A stretch of DNA of 64,000 nucleotides from Macrostomum lignano (lineage: Eukaryota), in the NCBI GenBank assembly GCA_002269645.1, contig NIVC01000393.1, positions 1 to 64,000 of the forward strand. The letters are read 5' to 3'. A program made the translations under genes and the position numbers. A model generated the notes under the pieces. That model saw only the letters and a list, made by a program, of their open reading frames with translations. It was not told the DNA's origin and did no database searches. Each line of letters begins with the position of its first letter. Within the stretch, counting starts at the first letter, position 1. This document shows, piece by piece, positions 36,645-47,949 of the stretch.

Positions 36645-38477
36645 CGTTTTTTGCGTCTTAACATTCCATCCCGGGGACCTCGGGGTTTTAGCCCTAGTTT
36701 TAGTCCGGTCTAAGTCAACTTGAGCTCACTGCGCAGCTCTATTATTAAGACCAAGAGAACAAGATTTAAATATACACTGAGGTAATTAATGCAGTTATAC
36801 ATGTATTATCTCGCCTGTTTAAGGTGGCGCACTTTCGCTCGCTTTGGGGGGGACGGCTCAATCATCCACAGTTGTGGGACGATTGAGCCAGAAAGTGGCT
36901 TCTGCATCTAAGACCTGTAGCTACCAGATCCATAGTTTTTGGTTGACATGACAACCAAAAACTACGTTTTTCGATTTAAAAAAAAACTTGTCAACCACGA
37001 GATTTTGGCAATTTTGAGTAAAGTTTTGGACGCTCGACTCCGCGGTCTTTGAGCTGGGTCTATGAGAATTTCCCGCCGAGGTTTTCCCGTAGGGTTTTTT
37101 CCTGTCGGAATTTCAAGTCAAATCCAATCGGATTTGAAACCTAGTCTAGTCTAGTATTTAATCTAGTCTAGTTTATGTCTAGTCTAGTCTAGTTCTAATC
37201 TAATCCAGCATTGTCTATAGACTGGTCATGCGGGATAACCTCCTGCGGGAAATTCTCGTGCTCCCTATTAAACTGCCGCCATACGTCATCAACATCTGGG
37301 GCTTTTTTGATGCGCTATAGCTTTTTAAGCTAAAATTTACTTTTGACGTGGCTGCCTATTTGCACTTTAAAAGTACAAATTTTTTCTGCAATTTTAAGAG
37401 TCCTATCTTATAGAAAATAAAGGAATACTTTATTTCAAAAATTTTTAACCAAAATCACTTAACTAGATGTCCTCTATTCGGAAATAGAGTATAGAGTAAA
37501 TACCGAATCGTATCTGCTTGATTAGGCCATTCATAGCGGTATTTTTTTCAAAAGTAGTCCCCAAACTAAATGAGCCTTTTCACGCTGCCGTATTGAGACT
37601 TTAACAGGACGTGTCAAAACATATGGAGCTTTTTGTTCCTGGATTTTCTAAGCATTTGGAGCTACCCGCGTGGAGCAGTGACCCGGAAACAACGAAAAAA
37701 GAGACCTCCTTTCTTTCTCCTTTATCTCCTTTCTCCCCTCTTCTCTCTCCTCTCCCCTTCCCCTCTATCTTCCCTCTCCTCACTCTTCTCTCTTGTCTTC
37801 CGCTCCTCTCCCTTCAACTTGTTCTCTTCTCTCTCCCATCTTCTTTCTCCTTAATCCTTTCTCCTTCTTCCTCTCTTCCGCGAGAAAGGAGAGAGGAGAG
37901 AGAGGAGAGTAAAGACATCTGAGAGAGAAGAGCAGAGCAGAGGGAACGGAGAGAAGAGAGGAGATGAGAGAAGGTAGAATGGAGAGAGGAGAGGGAAGAC
38001 AAGAGATGAGAGGGAAGAGGAGAGAGGAGAAAATAGAATTTTTAAGACTCAAATATTTTATTAACAGGAACTTACTCCAAGATTAATACTTCTATCCTAA
38101 CTATTAATAAGTTTTTGTTTGAGTATGACTTCAGATTTTAGACTGCATATAAAATATTTCCTGGGATTGGAATTCAGCGGGTTCAAAATCCGCAGGTTTC
38201 AGAAGCTTGCAGCACTCTTTCTCTAAGTAGAAACCTTAAATTGGCCTTAATCTGTTATCACATGTACCACAGCTGAAATCGCAGAGACTATATCTCAGAG
38301 AGGATCACACATGAGGCTCCAAATGAAGAAATTCTAAATCGACTGTATTGTTACTACCAACGGTATAGTACATTGGTTCACTTAGTTATTAAATTTTAGT
38401 TTTAATAAAAGTGAATACGCATGCACAAAACTATTTCCTTGGTTGGAATTTAAATTCACTACCAAACTCGGAAGCGT

Positions 38478-39570
38478 TGTCAGGCAGTTGACGCCGCAGG
38501 CAGTTGTCATACAGGTAGTTGTCATACAGGCAGTTGTCGCCGCAGGCAGTTGTCACACAGGCAGTTGTCATACAGGCAGTTGTCATACAGGCAGTTGTCA
38601 TACAGGCAGTTGTCAGGCAGTTGTCATACAGACAGTTGTCATGCAGGCAGTTGTCATACAGGCAGTTGTCATACAGACAGTTGTCATACAGACAGTTTTC
38701 AGGCAGTTGTCACATAGGCAGTTGTCATACAGGCAGTTGTCAGGCATTTGTCAAACAGGCAGTTGTCATACAGGCAGTTGTCATACAGACAGTTGTCATG
38801 CAGGCAGTTGTCATGCAGGCAGTTGTCATGCAGGCAGTTGTCATACAGACAGTTGTCATACAGACAGTTTTCAGGCAGTTGTCACATAGGCAGTTGTCAT
38901 ACAGGCAGTTGTCGGGCATTTGTCAAACAGGCAGTTGTCATACAGGCAGTTGTCATACAGACAGTTGTCATGCAGGCAGTTGTCATACAGGCAGTTGTCA
39001 TACAGACAGTTGTCATACAAACAGTTGTCATGCAGGCAGTTGTCATACAAACAGTTGTCATACAGGCAGTTGTCATACAGGCAGTTGTCATGCAGGCAGT
39101 TGTCATACAAACAGTTGTCATACAGGCAGTTGTCATACAGGCAGTTGTCATGCAGGCAGTTGTCATGCAGGCAGTTGTCATACAGACAGTTGTCATGCAG
39201 GCAGTTGTCATACAGGCAGTTGTCATACAGACAGTTGTCATACAAACAGTTGTCATGCAGGCAGTTGTCATACAAACAGTTGTCATACAGGCAGTTGTCA
39301 TACAGGCAGTTGTCATGCAGGCAGTTGTCATGCAGGCAGTTGTCATACAGGCAGTTGTCGCGCAGGCAGTTGTCATGCAAGCAGTTGTCATACAGGCAGT
39401 TGTCATACAAACAGTTGTCATACAGGCAGTTGTCATACAAACAGTTGTCATACAGGCAGTTGTCATACAAACAGTTGTCATACAGGCAGTTGTCATACAA
39501 ACAGTTGTCATACAGGCAGTTGTCGCGCAGGCAGTTGTCGCGCAGGCAGTTGTCGCGCAGGCAGTTGTCG
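38478..39570. repeat. 15-bp satellite GGCAGTTGTCATACA with a 172-bp internal duplication
   Basis: Tandem units; the variant block TTTTCAGG occurs at 38696 and 38868. Confidence 0.95.
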
Positions 39571-39799
39571 TAGAACATTTTCAACCCGCTGAATTCCAAT
39601 CCCCGAAACTATTTTTCATGCGTTTTAAAATCTTAAGTCATCATACTCAAGCAAAAGATTGGATAGTTAATTGTTAGAATGAAGGTAAACATAAAATAGA
39701 GTAAATTCGTGTAAATTAAGTTTTGGTGCAAGCATTGATCGTGCTGGCTGGGGCGCCACTCTACTTCAGGCAGGCAACTCTTCTATAACAGGCAACTCT

Positions 39800-42700
39800 A
39801 CTTCCTTTTCTTATCTCATATATCATCTCCTCTCCTCTCCTCTCTCATCTCTGCTCTCTTATCTCATATCTCCTCTTTGCTCTCCTCTCTTCTCTTCTCT
39901 CTCCTCTATCCTCTATTCTCTCTCTGTTCTCTCCTTTCTGCTCTCATATTTACTCTCTTTTCTATCATCTCTTCTCTCTTCTTTCTGCTCTCATCTCTCC
40001 TCATTTCTCTCTGCCTTCTTATCTTTCATATCTTATCTTTCTTATCTCTCTCCTCTCTCCTCTCTATTCTTTCCCCTTCTCTCACTCCTCTCTCTCCTCA
40101 CTTCACCATTCTCTTCTCTCCTCTCTCATTTCTGCTCTGTTCTCAACTCTCTCCACTTTTCTGTCTCATCTATTCTCTCCTCTCTGTTCTAACTGTCTGA
40201 TGCAGTCCTCTGTGACGCATCGAATTTCTCAGCTCTCCTCTGTTTGCTCATAAATAATCTATTTTAACTTCGAGGTAAGAAATTTGCCGACATTTTTTGC
40301 TCAAGATTAAGTGGATGGAAGAAGAGATTGAAGAGAGAACAGGGAAAGAAGAGAGGAGAGAGAGAGGAGAGAGTAAAGGCGCCCCGGACACTGCCCTGGG
40401 CAGTGCTAGCGTCCAGGCCTTGAAACAACGCGCCCTGTGACATTGTCCCACGCTTGACTGGCTGACAATGTACTCTGTTGTTGTTGTTGCTCAGCGTCCA
40501 CTATTAGAACAGTTTTGTTGAGAAATTCTACTGGGGCGCAAATAAAGTTAAAGTTAAATCCCAAACACTGTACATTGCTACTATGTACACTGGGGGAAGA
40601 GTGAGTGAGAGCGGCCCAACACAAGAAAATGCAGATAAAATTCACATGCTTACAGACTGAGTTACAGATCTCAGATGGTAATTTAGATAGAGAACAAGCT
40701 TTCGAAACCCGTGGATTTTGAATCCGCTGAATTGCAATCCCTGGAACTGTTTTTGCATGTGTTATTAAATCGAAGTCATATTCAAACAAAACTTTTTAGG
40801 ATAAAGATAACCGTGTTAAATTAAGTTTTGCGGCAAGATTATGGTGACGCGCGGACTGAGAGGCAAGTCTACTTTTTTTCTGATCTTTACTTTCATTTCT
40901 TATCTCAAATATCACCTCATCTTCTCTCCTCTCTTGTCTCTCATCTCTGCTCTCTTATCTTTTTTCTCTCTTATCTGTCTCCTCTTTCCTCGGAACTCTT
41001 GTCTCTTCTCTCTCACCTCTTTTCTCTATCCTCTCTTGTCTCGGCTCTGATCTTATTTCTCCTCTTTTTTATCTCCTCTTTTCTCTCCTCTCTACCCTTA
41101 TCCTCTTTTCTCTAGCTCCACCTCTTCTTTTCTCTCTTCCTCTCCTCTCTATTTACTTTGCACTCCTCCTTTTCCCCTCTCCTCTCGCTTCTCTCACCCA
41201 TCTTCTCTGTCTTTTCCATCTCACCTTCTGTCCCATTCTCTCTTTCCTCTCTCGTCTCCGCTCTTTTATCTCTTCTCTCTCTTATCTCTAATCTTTTCTC
41301 TCCTTTCTCATATCTCCTGTCTTCTCTCTTCTCTTTGCTCTCTCTCATCTCTAATCCCTCCTTTCACTCCTCTCCTCTCATCTCTTCTTTCTTCTTCCGC
41401 CTCTATACTACTTCTCTCCTCTCTCCTCTCTCTCCTCTCTGCTCTCTCATCTCTTCCCTTGTCTCCCTTCTCTCTTCTTTTCTCTCCCTCCTATCTTCTT
41501 CCCCCCTCTCTCCCTTTCCTCTCGATTCTCCTTCATTGGTTTTGTGAATCTAGCTATTTTGTCATTCTTAGCTGACTGTGTAGCAATGCGTGTAGCCAAG
41601 ATGATAAAATAGATTCATAAAATCAAATAGACAAGCTGTGCCATGCATGTTAATGATTTTTACGAGACTCGTAGGTACAGAAAATGTACGTAGAATAAAA
41701 AATTGACACAAAACCCTATTTTTCTGAGCATCGATAGAGCTATAATAAGAGAGGGACAACATATCAAAATATGAAAACTTCCTATTTCCGTAGTGAGTGA
41801 GTGAGTGAGTGAGGGAGAGAGGCCTAACCAACCAGAAAAAGCAGATAAACAAAATTCACATGCTTACAGTTTCCGTTCTCATTGAGTTACAGAGATGAGA
41901 CTTTATATTTAGACAGAGAACAAGCTGTTGAACCCCGTGGATTTAAACCAGCTGAATTCTAATCCCCGGAGATTTTTTCTAAAATATTTAAATTGATGTA
42001 ACCGCCCTTGTCGCCCGTCCGCTCCGGTGAGAGACGAACGCATGACTAGAGGGGGCAATGACCGTAGGCTGCCTATGACCGGGCAATGACCTGACGGACC
42101 TCCAGCACCAGACTGTCCCGCCGACATTATTGATAGCTTTGGTAGCGCTTTCGTGACCAGAGGGCCAAGGACCCACATGGACCCCACCTGTAGCCAAGGT
42201 GCAATAGTTGGTCACTCGGTCATGGTATGACCGAGTGGCTGCCACCACTCTATGTGACCTGGCGCACCTAGATCTTACTACCAACTACCAGACCTCTCGA
42301 GGCTAGAGCCCCGCCTGGATTGGTTACCAGGGGATTTAGGCTAACAGGGGAGACACATGCAGCCGAGTACAGGGACTCTGATTGGGGCATGATCGGGAAC
42401 TCTGGGCTCAATCTGGAGAATTTCTCAGCAGGGGATCCTTTTTGGCTGTGAGCGAGGCTGACTTGCGACTTTGATTACTAAGAGAAGTATGAGGCGAACA
42501 TGTGCTGTCTATAGTTAAGATTGCTCAGGGCGAAGGGACGCGTCAGCATGGGGTTGCAACCTTCCTACTGCCATTCTGTGCCAAGACTCGCTAATTCCCT
42601 CTACTGCATGCACACACGGACCCGCAGCACGCACTCACAGGCGGGCTTTGCACGGGGAGAGGCCACTTACCCAAACTTCCCTATGCTTTGCCACCCAGGG

Positions 42701-43360
42701 AGAAAGGCTTAGCAAGCCATGAATGAAATGATGGTGAAAGAGTGAATAAGGGAGTTAGTAATAGTTAATAATTAGGCCCTTAGGCAAAATAATCAGGCAA
42801 ATAGGCGGCTTCACTATTGAATAAAGAAGAGCAAAAGATACGGTATCACAATTGGCTCAGCTCTCTAATCAAGCAATGGAAAATAATTTTCTTTCTCATC
42901 TTTCCTCTGTTCTCTTTTCTCTCCCATCTCTCCTCTCTGCCCACTCAACTCTCCTCTCCTCTCTCCTCTCATCTCTCGTCTGTTCACTTTCGTCTCTGCT
43001 CTCTTATCTCCCCTCTCTCTTCTGTCATCTCTCTGTCCTCTTCTCTTACCCTCTTATGACTCCTTTCTTTCATTTCTCCTCTCCTCTCTTCTTTTCTCTT
43101 CCCTCTTCTACACTCTTCCCTCTTTTCTCTCTCCACTCACCTCTCTCCTTCATCTCTCTTCTTTGCTCGCTCATCTCCACTCTGCCCTCGCTACTTATCT
43201 CTACTATTTCCTCTCTCCCCTCCCCTCTCTGCCCATCTTTACTCTCTTCTCACGCCTCTCTCTTGCCTCTCCCTCCTCTCATCTCTTCTATCTCAACTCC
43301 TCTCTGCTCTGCTCTCTCATCTCTACTCTCTTCTTTCTCATCTCTTCTCCCTCTCTAATC
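39800..43360. repeat. Polypyrimidine (CT-rich) low-complexity tracts at 39800-40200, 40900-41530 and 42880-43360 (also 27340-27600, 37720-38040, 59850-60060)
   Basis: Strand-biased TCTC/CTCC runs that generate spurious LS-rich and ER-rich ORFs. Confidence 0.9.
41997..42813. mobile_element. Probable solo LTR (Gypsy-like termini)
   Basis: Begins TGTAACCGCC and ends GGCGGCTTCA (imperfect TG..CA inverted termini). ATTGA on the left (41992-41996) and at 42816-42820, offset by 2 nt. Confidence 0.45.
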
Positions 43361-43409
43361 TCTCATGCTGCATTGCCAGTAGTCTTTTTGATTCTATTGC
43401 CGTCTTACT

Positions 43410-43731
43410 CAGGGGCGTCGCCATGGATTTTATGGTGCGGGAACAAAGCCAAGAATTCTACCAGTACATATACATGACTAAATTCCTACATATACATTAT
43501 TTTCAGAATCTATGTTGTCAGCGTTTCTTTTGGCGCCACAGGCACTCGTTTTAGCGCCGCAGGCATTCATTTTGGCGCCGCAGGCGCTTTGTTTTGTCGC
43601 CTTGAAGCAAATCCTTGATTCCAATAACAGGTCACAAGGCAGGTCGGGGGACACAGCACGCCCCCATAGCTTTTACTGGGAGGGGGGTCATATGTCTTCC
43701 CTGTCCCCCCCCCCTGGTGGCGACGCCCCTG
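43410..43731. mobile_element. hAT-type MITE, 322 bp
   Basis: Perfect 14-bp TIR CAGGGGCGTCGCCA / TGGCGACGCCCCTG; flanks GTCTTACT / ATCTTCCT (6 of 8 match). Confidence 0.8.
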
Positions 43732-44475
43732 ATCTTCCTCATCAACTGGTAAACTGCTAAGTTGTAGGACACTGGTTAGAATTTCTCACTAAACTGTCAT
43801 GGCTAAAAGTTACCTCTACACGGGGGGTGCAGAGAAGGCTATAAATAAAACTATTCCAAACACGGTACATGTGCGTGCTATGTACGAGCTACACTGAGCC
43901 CTATGGCCTGACCCTTAGTGTGGCAGGGGTGAATGAGTGAGCAGCACAAACAACAGAAAAAGCAGACAAACTTCACATGCTTGAAGTTTCAGTTCTGATT
44001 GAGATACAGAGTTGAGGCTTTATATTTAGACGGAAAAAAATAAGTCAATGAAGAATTTTGTCAAGTTTGAAGTAAATCGCTTCACGTGGAGCAGACTTAT
44101 GGCAGCAGCGGTGTCGGAACATATTTCAAAGTGGGGGGTATTGGAGAGAGGGCACATTGCACATAATTTCTTTTAATCTACAGTAAGGGCACCCTAACGC
44201 CTGCTGTTATATCAGTTTGTGACATTGTGACAACCAGGCCAATATTCAATTCTGTGTTGGAAGTGGCCAAAAGTCTGGAAATTGCGCAACTGTACTGAAG
44301 TATCAGTTTATTTAGTAAATATCTCAAATGAATGAAAATTGCAAGGGCAAGGCCAGTAATTTTCTGGATCTCTTGGCTGCCTCCTTCAGTTCCTCTTTTG
44401 TAGTAGGGCGAATTATGATACTGCCGCACTAGCACTGGCGAGATAGGCGGCAATGCAAATGTATAGGGAAAAATA

Positions 44476-44911
44476 CACTGCAGAGATATGAGCCCTATCT
44501 CTGTGCATTGGGGACGGCTAAGCACTGCAGAGATATGAGCCATATCTCTGTGCATTGGGGACGGCTAAGCACTGCAGAGATATGAGCCATATCTCTGTGC
44601 ATTGGGGACGGCTAAGCACTGCAGAGATATGAGCCATATCTCTGTGCATTGGGGACGGCTAAGCACTGCAGAGATATGAGCCATATCTCTGTGCATTGGG
44701 GACGGCTAAGCACTGCAGAGATATGAGCAATATCTCTGTGCATTGGGGACGGCTAAGCACTGCAGAGATATGAGCCATATCTCTGTGCATTGGGGACGGC
44801 TAAGCACTGCAGAGATATGAGCCATATCTCTGTGCATTGGGGACGGCTAAGCACTGCAGAGATATGAGCCATATCTCTGTGCATTGGGGACGGCTAAGCA
44901 CTGCAGAGATA
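44476..44911. repeat. 47-bp tandem array with an internal palindrome, 9 copies plus a partial
   Basis: GCACTGCAGAGATATGAGCCATATCTCTGTGCATTGGGGACGGCTAA; stem CAGAGATATG-agc-CATATCTCTG. Confidence 0.97.
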
Positions 44912-45234
44912 AGAGATGGGTGGCCAATCTCTGTGCTTGGGTGTGGTTATAAAGTTTTACAACTGCACAGAAATCGGCTGGTGTTGCTTACCTGGATAAG
45001 GGGACGGGGGGATACACTAATTACAGCCAGTGGCCTCTATAACGGTAAAGTAATTATTACCTGGTCATGTCTGGATGTTCATATACGATATGATAAGGAG
45101 AGGGCATGCATGTACAAATATTTACTATATAAGCAGCCACGCAAGTACAAATAAACAAATAGACATAAACAATCTGTATAAAATGATTTTTTAAAACCTT
45201 ACTACTTCTAAAAAACAACTCTTTCTCTTTCAAA

Positions 45235-46538
45235 ATGAAAACTTTTAAAAGTTGTCATAGAGACCTCTATGAGGTCTGTATAAGCTGCGAAGTGTGCCTG
45301 CTTGGAGGCGTGTCCCCAAGACACCACGAGAATGAGAACTGTCTGGTCTCATGCTGGTTGGCATGCGACCAGTGCGGCACCGTCGAAGCTCTGAAGGAGG
45401 GCAAAATTCGAGCCTATCATCGAGGACACAGGATCGTCAGCGATGACAAGAAAAAGCAAGAAAGAAACCGCTGGAAAGTAATCCGCGCCATCAAGAAGAG
45501 CAAAGAGAGGGAAAAGAAAAGCCAACAGAAAAAGGGAGCCGGCAGGAGTCTGCTATCAGCTCACTTGAGTCAAGTCATTGACTCTACATTGAAGAGAACG
45601 AGGCCTACTAGCGGGTCTTCAGCAGCTGCAGAGTCTGAAGTTGAGTTGGCTGCTGGAGTCGAGGCTGCAGTCGAGGCTGCTGGAGTCGAGGCTGCTGGAG
45701 TCGAGGCTGCTGGAGTCGAGGCTGCTGGAGTCGAGGCTGCTGGAGTCGAGGCTGCTGGAGTCGAGGCTGCAGTCGAGGCTGCAGTCGAGGCTGCTGGAGT
45801 CGAGGCTGCTGCTGTGATAAACTTCATAGAGAAAGAAGATGCCCTGGATGAGTTCCTCAGGGAATTCAACGCTGGTCAACAGCAGCAGCAGCAGCCTGTC
45901 TCTTCGGTTCCAGAATTGCTGAAAAACAATTTCATCTAATTGAAGACGACCACGAAATGGAAATCCTAGAAGAGGGGGGCAGCGATAATGAGTCGCATAA
46001 TGCAATTGTGCCACCTGCAGCTCCAGCCGCCCCAGCTGCTCTGGCCGCCCCAGCTGCTCTGGCCGCCCCAGCTGCTCTGGCCGCCCCAGCTGCTCTGGCC
46101 GCCCCAGCTGCTCTGGCCGCCCCAGCTGCTCTGGCCGCCCCAGCTGCTCTGGCCGCCCCAGCTGCTCTGGCCGCCCCAGCTGCTCTGGCTGCCCCAGCTG
46201 CTCTGGCCGCCCCAGCTGCTCTGGCTGCCCCAGCTGCTCTGGCCGCCCCAGCTGCTCTGGCCGCCCCAGCTGCTCTGGCCGCCCCAGCTGCTCTGGCCGC
46301 CCCAGCTGCTCTGGCCGCCCCAGCTGCTCTGGCCGACCCAGCTGCTCTGGCCGCCCCAGCTGCTCCAGCCGACCCAGCTGCTCTGGCCGCCCCAGCTGCT
46401 CTGGCCGCCCCAGCTACTCTGGCCGCCCCAGCTGCTCTGGCCGCCCCAGCTGGAGTTGCATTCTTTCTGCCTCCTGTCGGCGGGGCTGGGTACGAGGTAA
46501 AGATTTTCGAAAATCGTATTAGAATTGTGCCGCTGTGA
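45235..46538 (+). CDS. Unknown protein, about 434 aa if one A is restored: Cys/His-rich N-terminus, basic segment, EAAGV (15-bp) and PAALAA (18-bp) repeats
   Basis: ORFs 45235-45939 and 45957-46538 join in frame with one extra A in A5 45922-45926 (LKKQFHLIEDDHEMEILEE). N-terminus has CISCEVC..CLVSCWLACDQC..H. Confidence 0.45.
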
Positions 46539-47434
46539 CTATAAGCAAACTATTCTACTTTTTTTGGTTTCTGAGTGGAGTGAGAAATCTACTTATTTAT
46601 TGCAATTATTGCTAAAACTTTATTTCCATTAGCTTTTTAAAGTTTAAAGTAGGGACATTAAATAATTATTTGATCATAACTCTATATTCGCTTCTAGGAA
46701 TCTTGCTTATAAGTTTTCAGTTTTTATTTCCAAAGCAGTTTTTAAAAAAACATTTCTCCATTTAGCTCGTAGTGGCAACCAATATTTTTGGTATCAGAGG
46801 TAAAAATTCAATTGAAAAGTAGGTGAAACATTATACAGTTGAAAATAACTAAATTAAAATCAGCACAACATACTTTCAAAAAATTGGTGATGGTTTCGTA
46901 TGTTTGGTGCAATTGAATTGGTATAATTTTCTTTTTACTGCTTTGACGCAGTGTTTCCTCATTCTTTAATTTTGAACTTTTCAGCTATATCTGATATTTC
47001 TGCTTCTAAACTCTCATCTGTATTTTGTAATTCATTGTTCCATGCATATTGTTTATGGATCTTGATTGCACCATGTGAATTCGATAATGCTTTAAAATAT
47101 ATAATCTCAGCATTTTTCCACTCGGTGATTGGTTTGTTAATGATCTATTGGTTTCATTTTGCATTTTTTACCGATTGAATCTGCATAGGAGGTAAATATT
47201 ATTTAACAGAAACGAACTATTACGAATAGGGATCAATAGCATATGCATGCAGAGAACTAGCTTAAGGGAGAACCCAAAAATATAACCAAGCATCTCGCTT
47301 GTAAGTACGGATATTGCACCAGTATTGCAGCAATAAAGACTTACGAAAAAGATTCCGAATATTCACTCCCAGTTGCTTATAACGCTCAGTTGCAGCCAGT
47401 AAACACTGTCAGCTCTTAACTGCTTGCCTTTTCT

Positions 47435-47646
47435 ATGGTAGAGCACTCCTGGATGGAGCAGGAGAATGACCACTCGTGGATGGAGGTTGACCACTCGTGG
47501 AGGGAGGATGACCAGTCGTGGGTGGAGTATGACCACTCGTGGATGGAGTATGACCACCCTTGGGTGGACCATGACGTCAGCAGCGAGTCAGCAGCCAGCA
47601 ACGAGTCAGCAACCAGCAGCGAGTCGGTGACCGATGCACACCAAGG
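47435..47646 (+). other. 21-bp coding-like repeat (DHSWxEx, about 6 copies) ending at a possible splice donor
   Basis: EHSWMEQENDHSWMEVDHSWREDDQSWVEYDHSWMEYDHPWVDH; ccaag|gtgagt at about 47646. Confidence 0.4.
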
Positions 47647-47949
47647 TGAGTGCCTTTATTTATCTTTTTCAACTTACTTGAGAATTTTCCTATCAATGCG
47701 CTGTATATTATACAGTCTAAATTTTAGTCCAAAGAATGGGAGGAGGGGAGATAAAAGACTTTATACCGGTAGGTTGTATGCTGGGTACAGACATCTATAG
47801 TTTAGTATCTTTGATATTTAAAACTATAGGCAGCAAAATAACAAAAATATTATCCTAAAACCACAAACCAGGTTCAACAGTCAGCTTCAGCAGAGTTGCC
47901 CAAGCCTATGATCAATCACTGGAAATACTGAGGCTCAGATCGAGTCACC

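Larger units (their letters stand above)
40585..44035 (+). repeat. Dispersed ~150-190-bp repeat family: copies at about 40585-40745, 41790-41970 and 43930-44035, plus an inverted end at 38163-38210
   Basis: Shared GTGAGTGA..AAAAGCAGA.AAA..TTCACATGCTT..GAG.TACAGA..TTTAGA..GAACAAGCT..CCCGTGGATTT..CCGCTGAATT.CAATCCC. Confidence 0.75.

Noticed and set aside
37064-37257. Small MITE with 13-bp IR GAGAATTTCCCGC / GCGGGAAATTCTC
   Set aside because: The IR is real, but no TSD or second copy was seen, so it is not called as an element.
38443-39677. Long ORFs in many frames (QAVVI, GSCHT, YDNCL)
   Set aside because: A stop-free 15-bp satellite is open on both strands; no unique coding flanks.
39877-43477. 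Leu/Ser-rich, membrane-protein-looking ORFs
   Set aside because: Artefacts of CT-rich low-complexity tracts.
44476-44911. CRISPR-like palindromic repeats
   Set aside because: Units are directly tandem with no unique spacers, no cas genes, and the context is eukaryotic.
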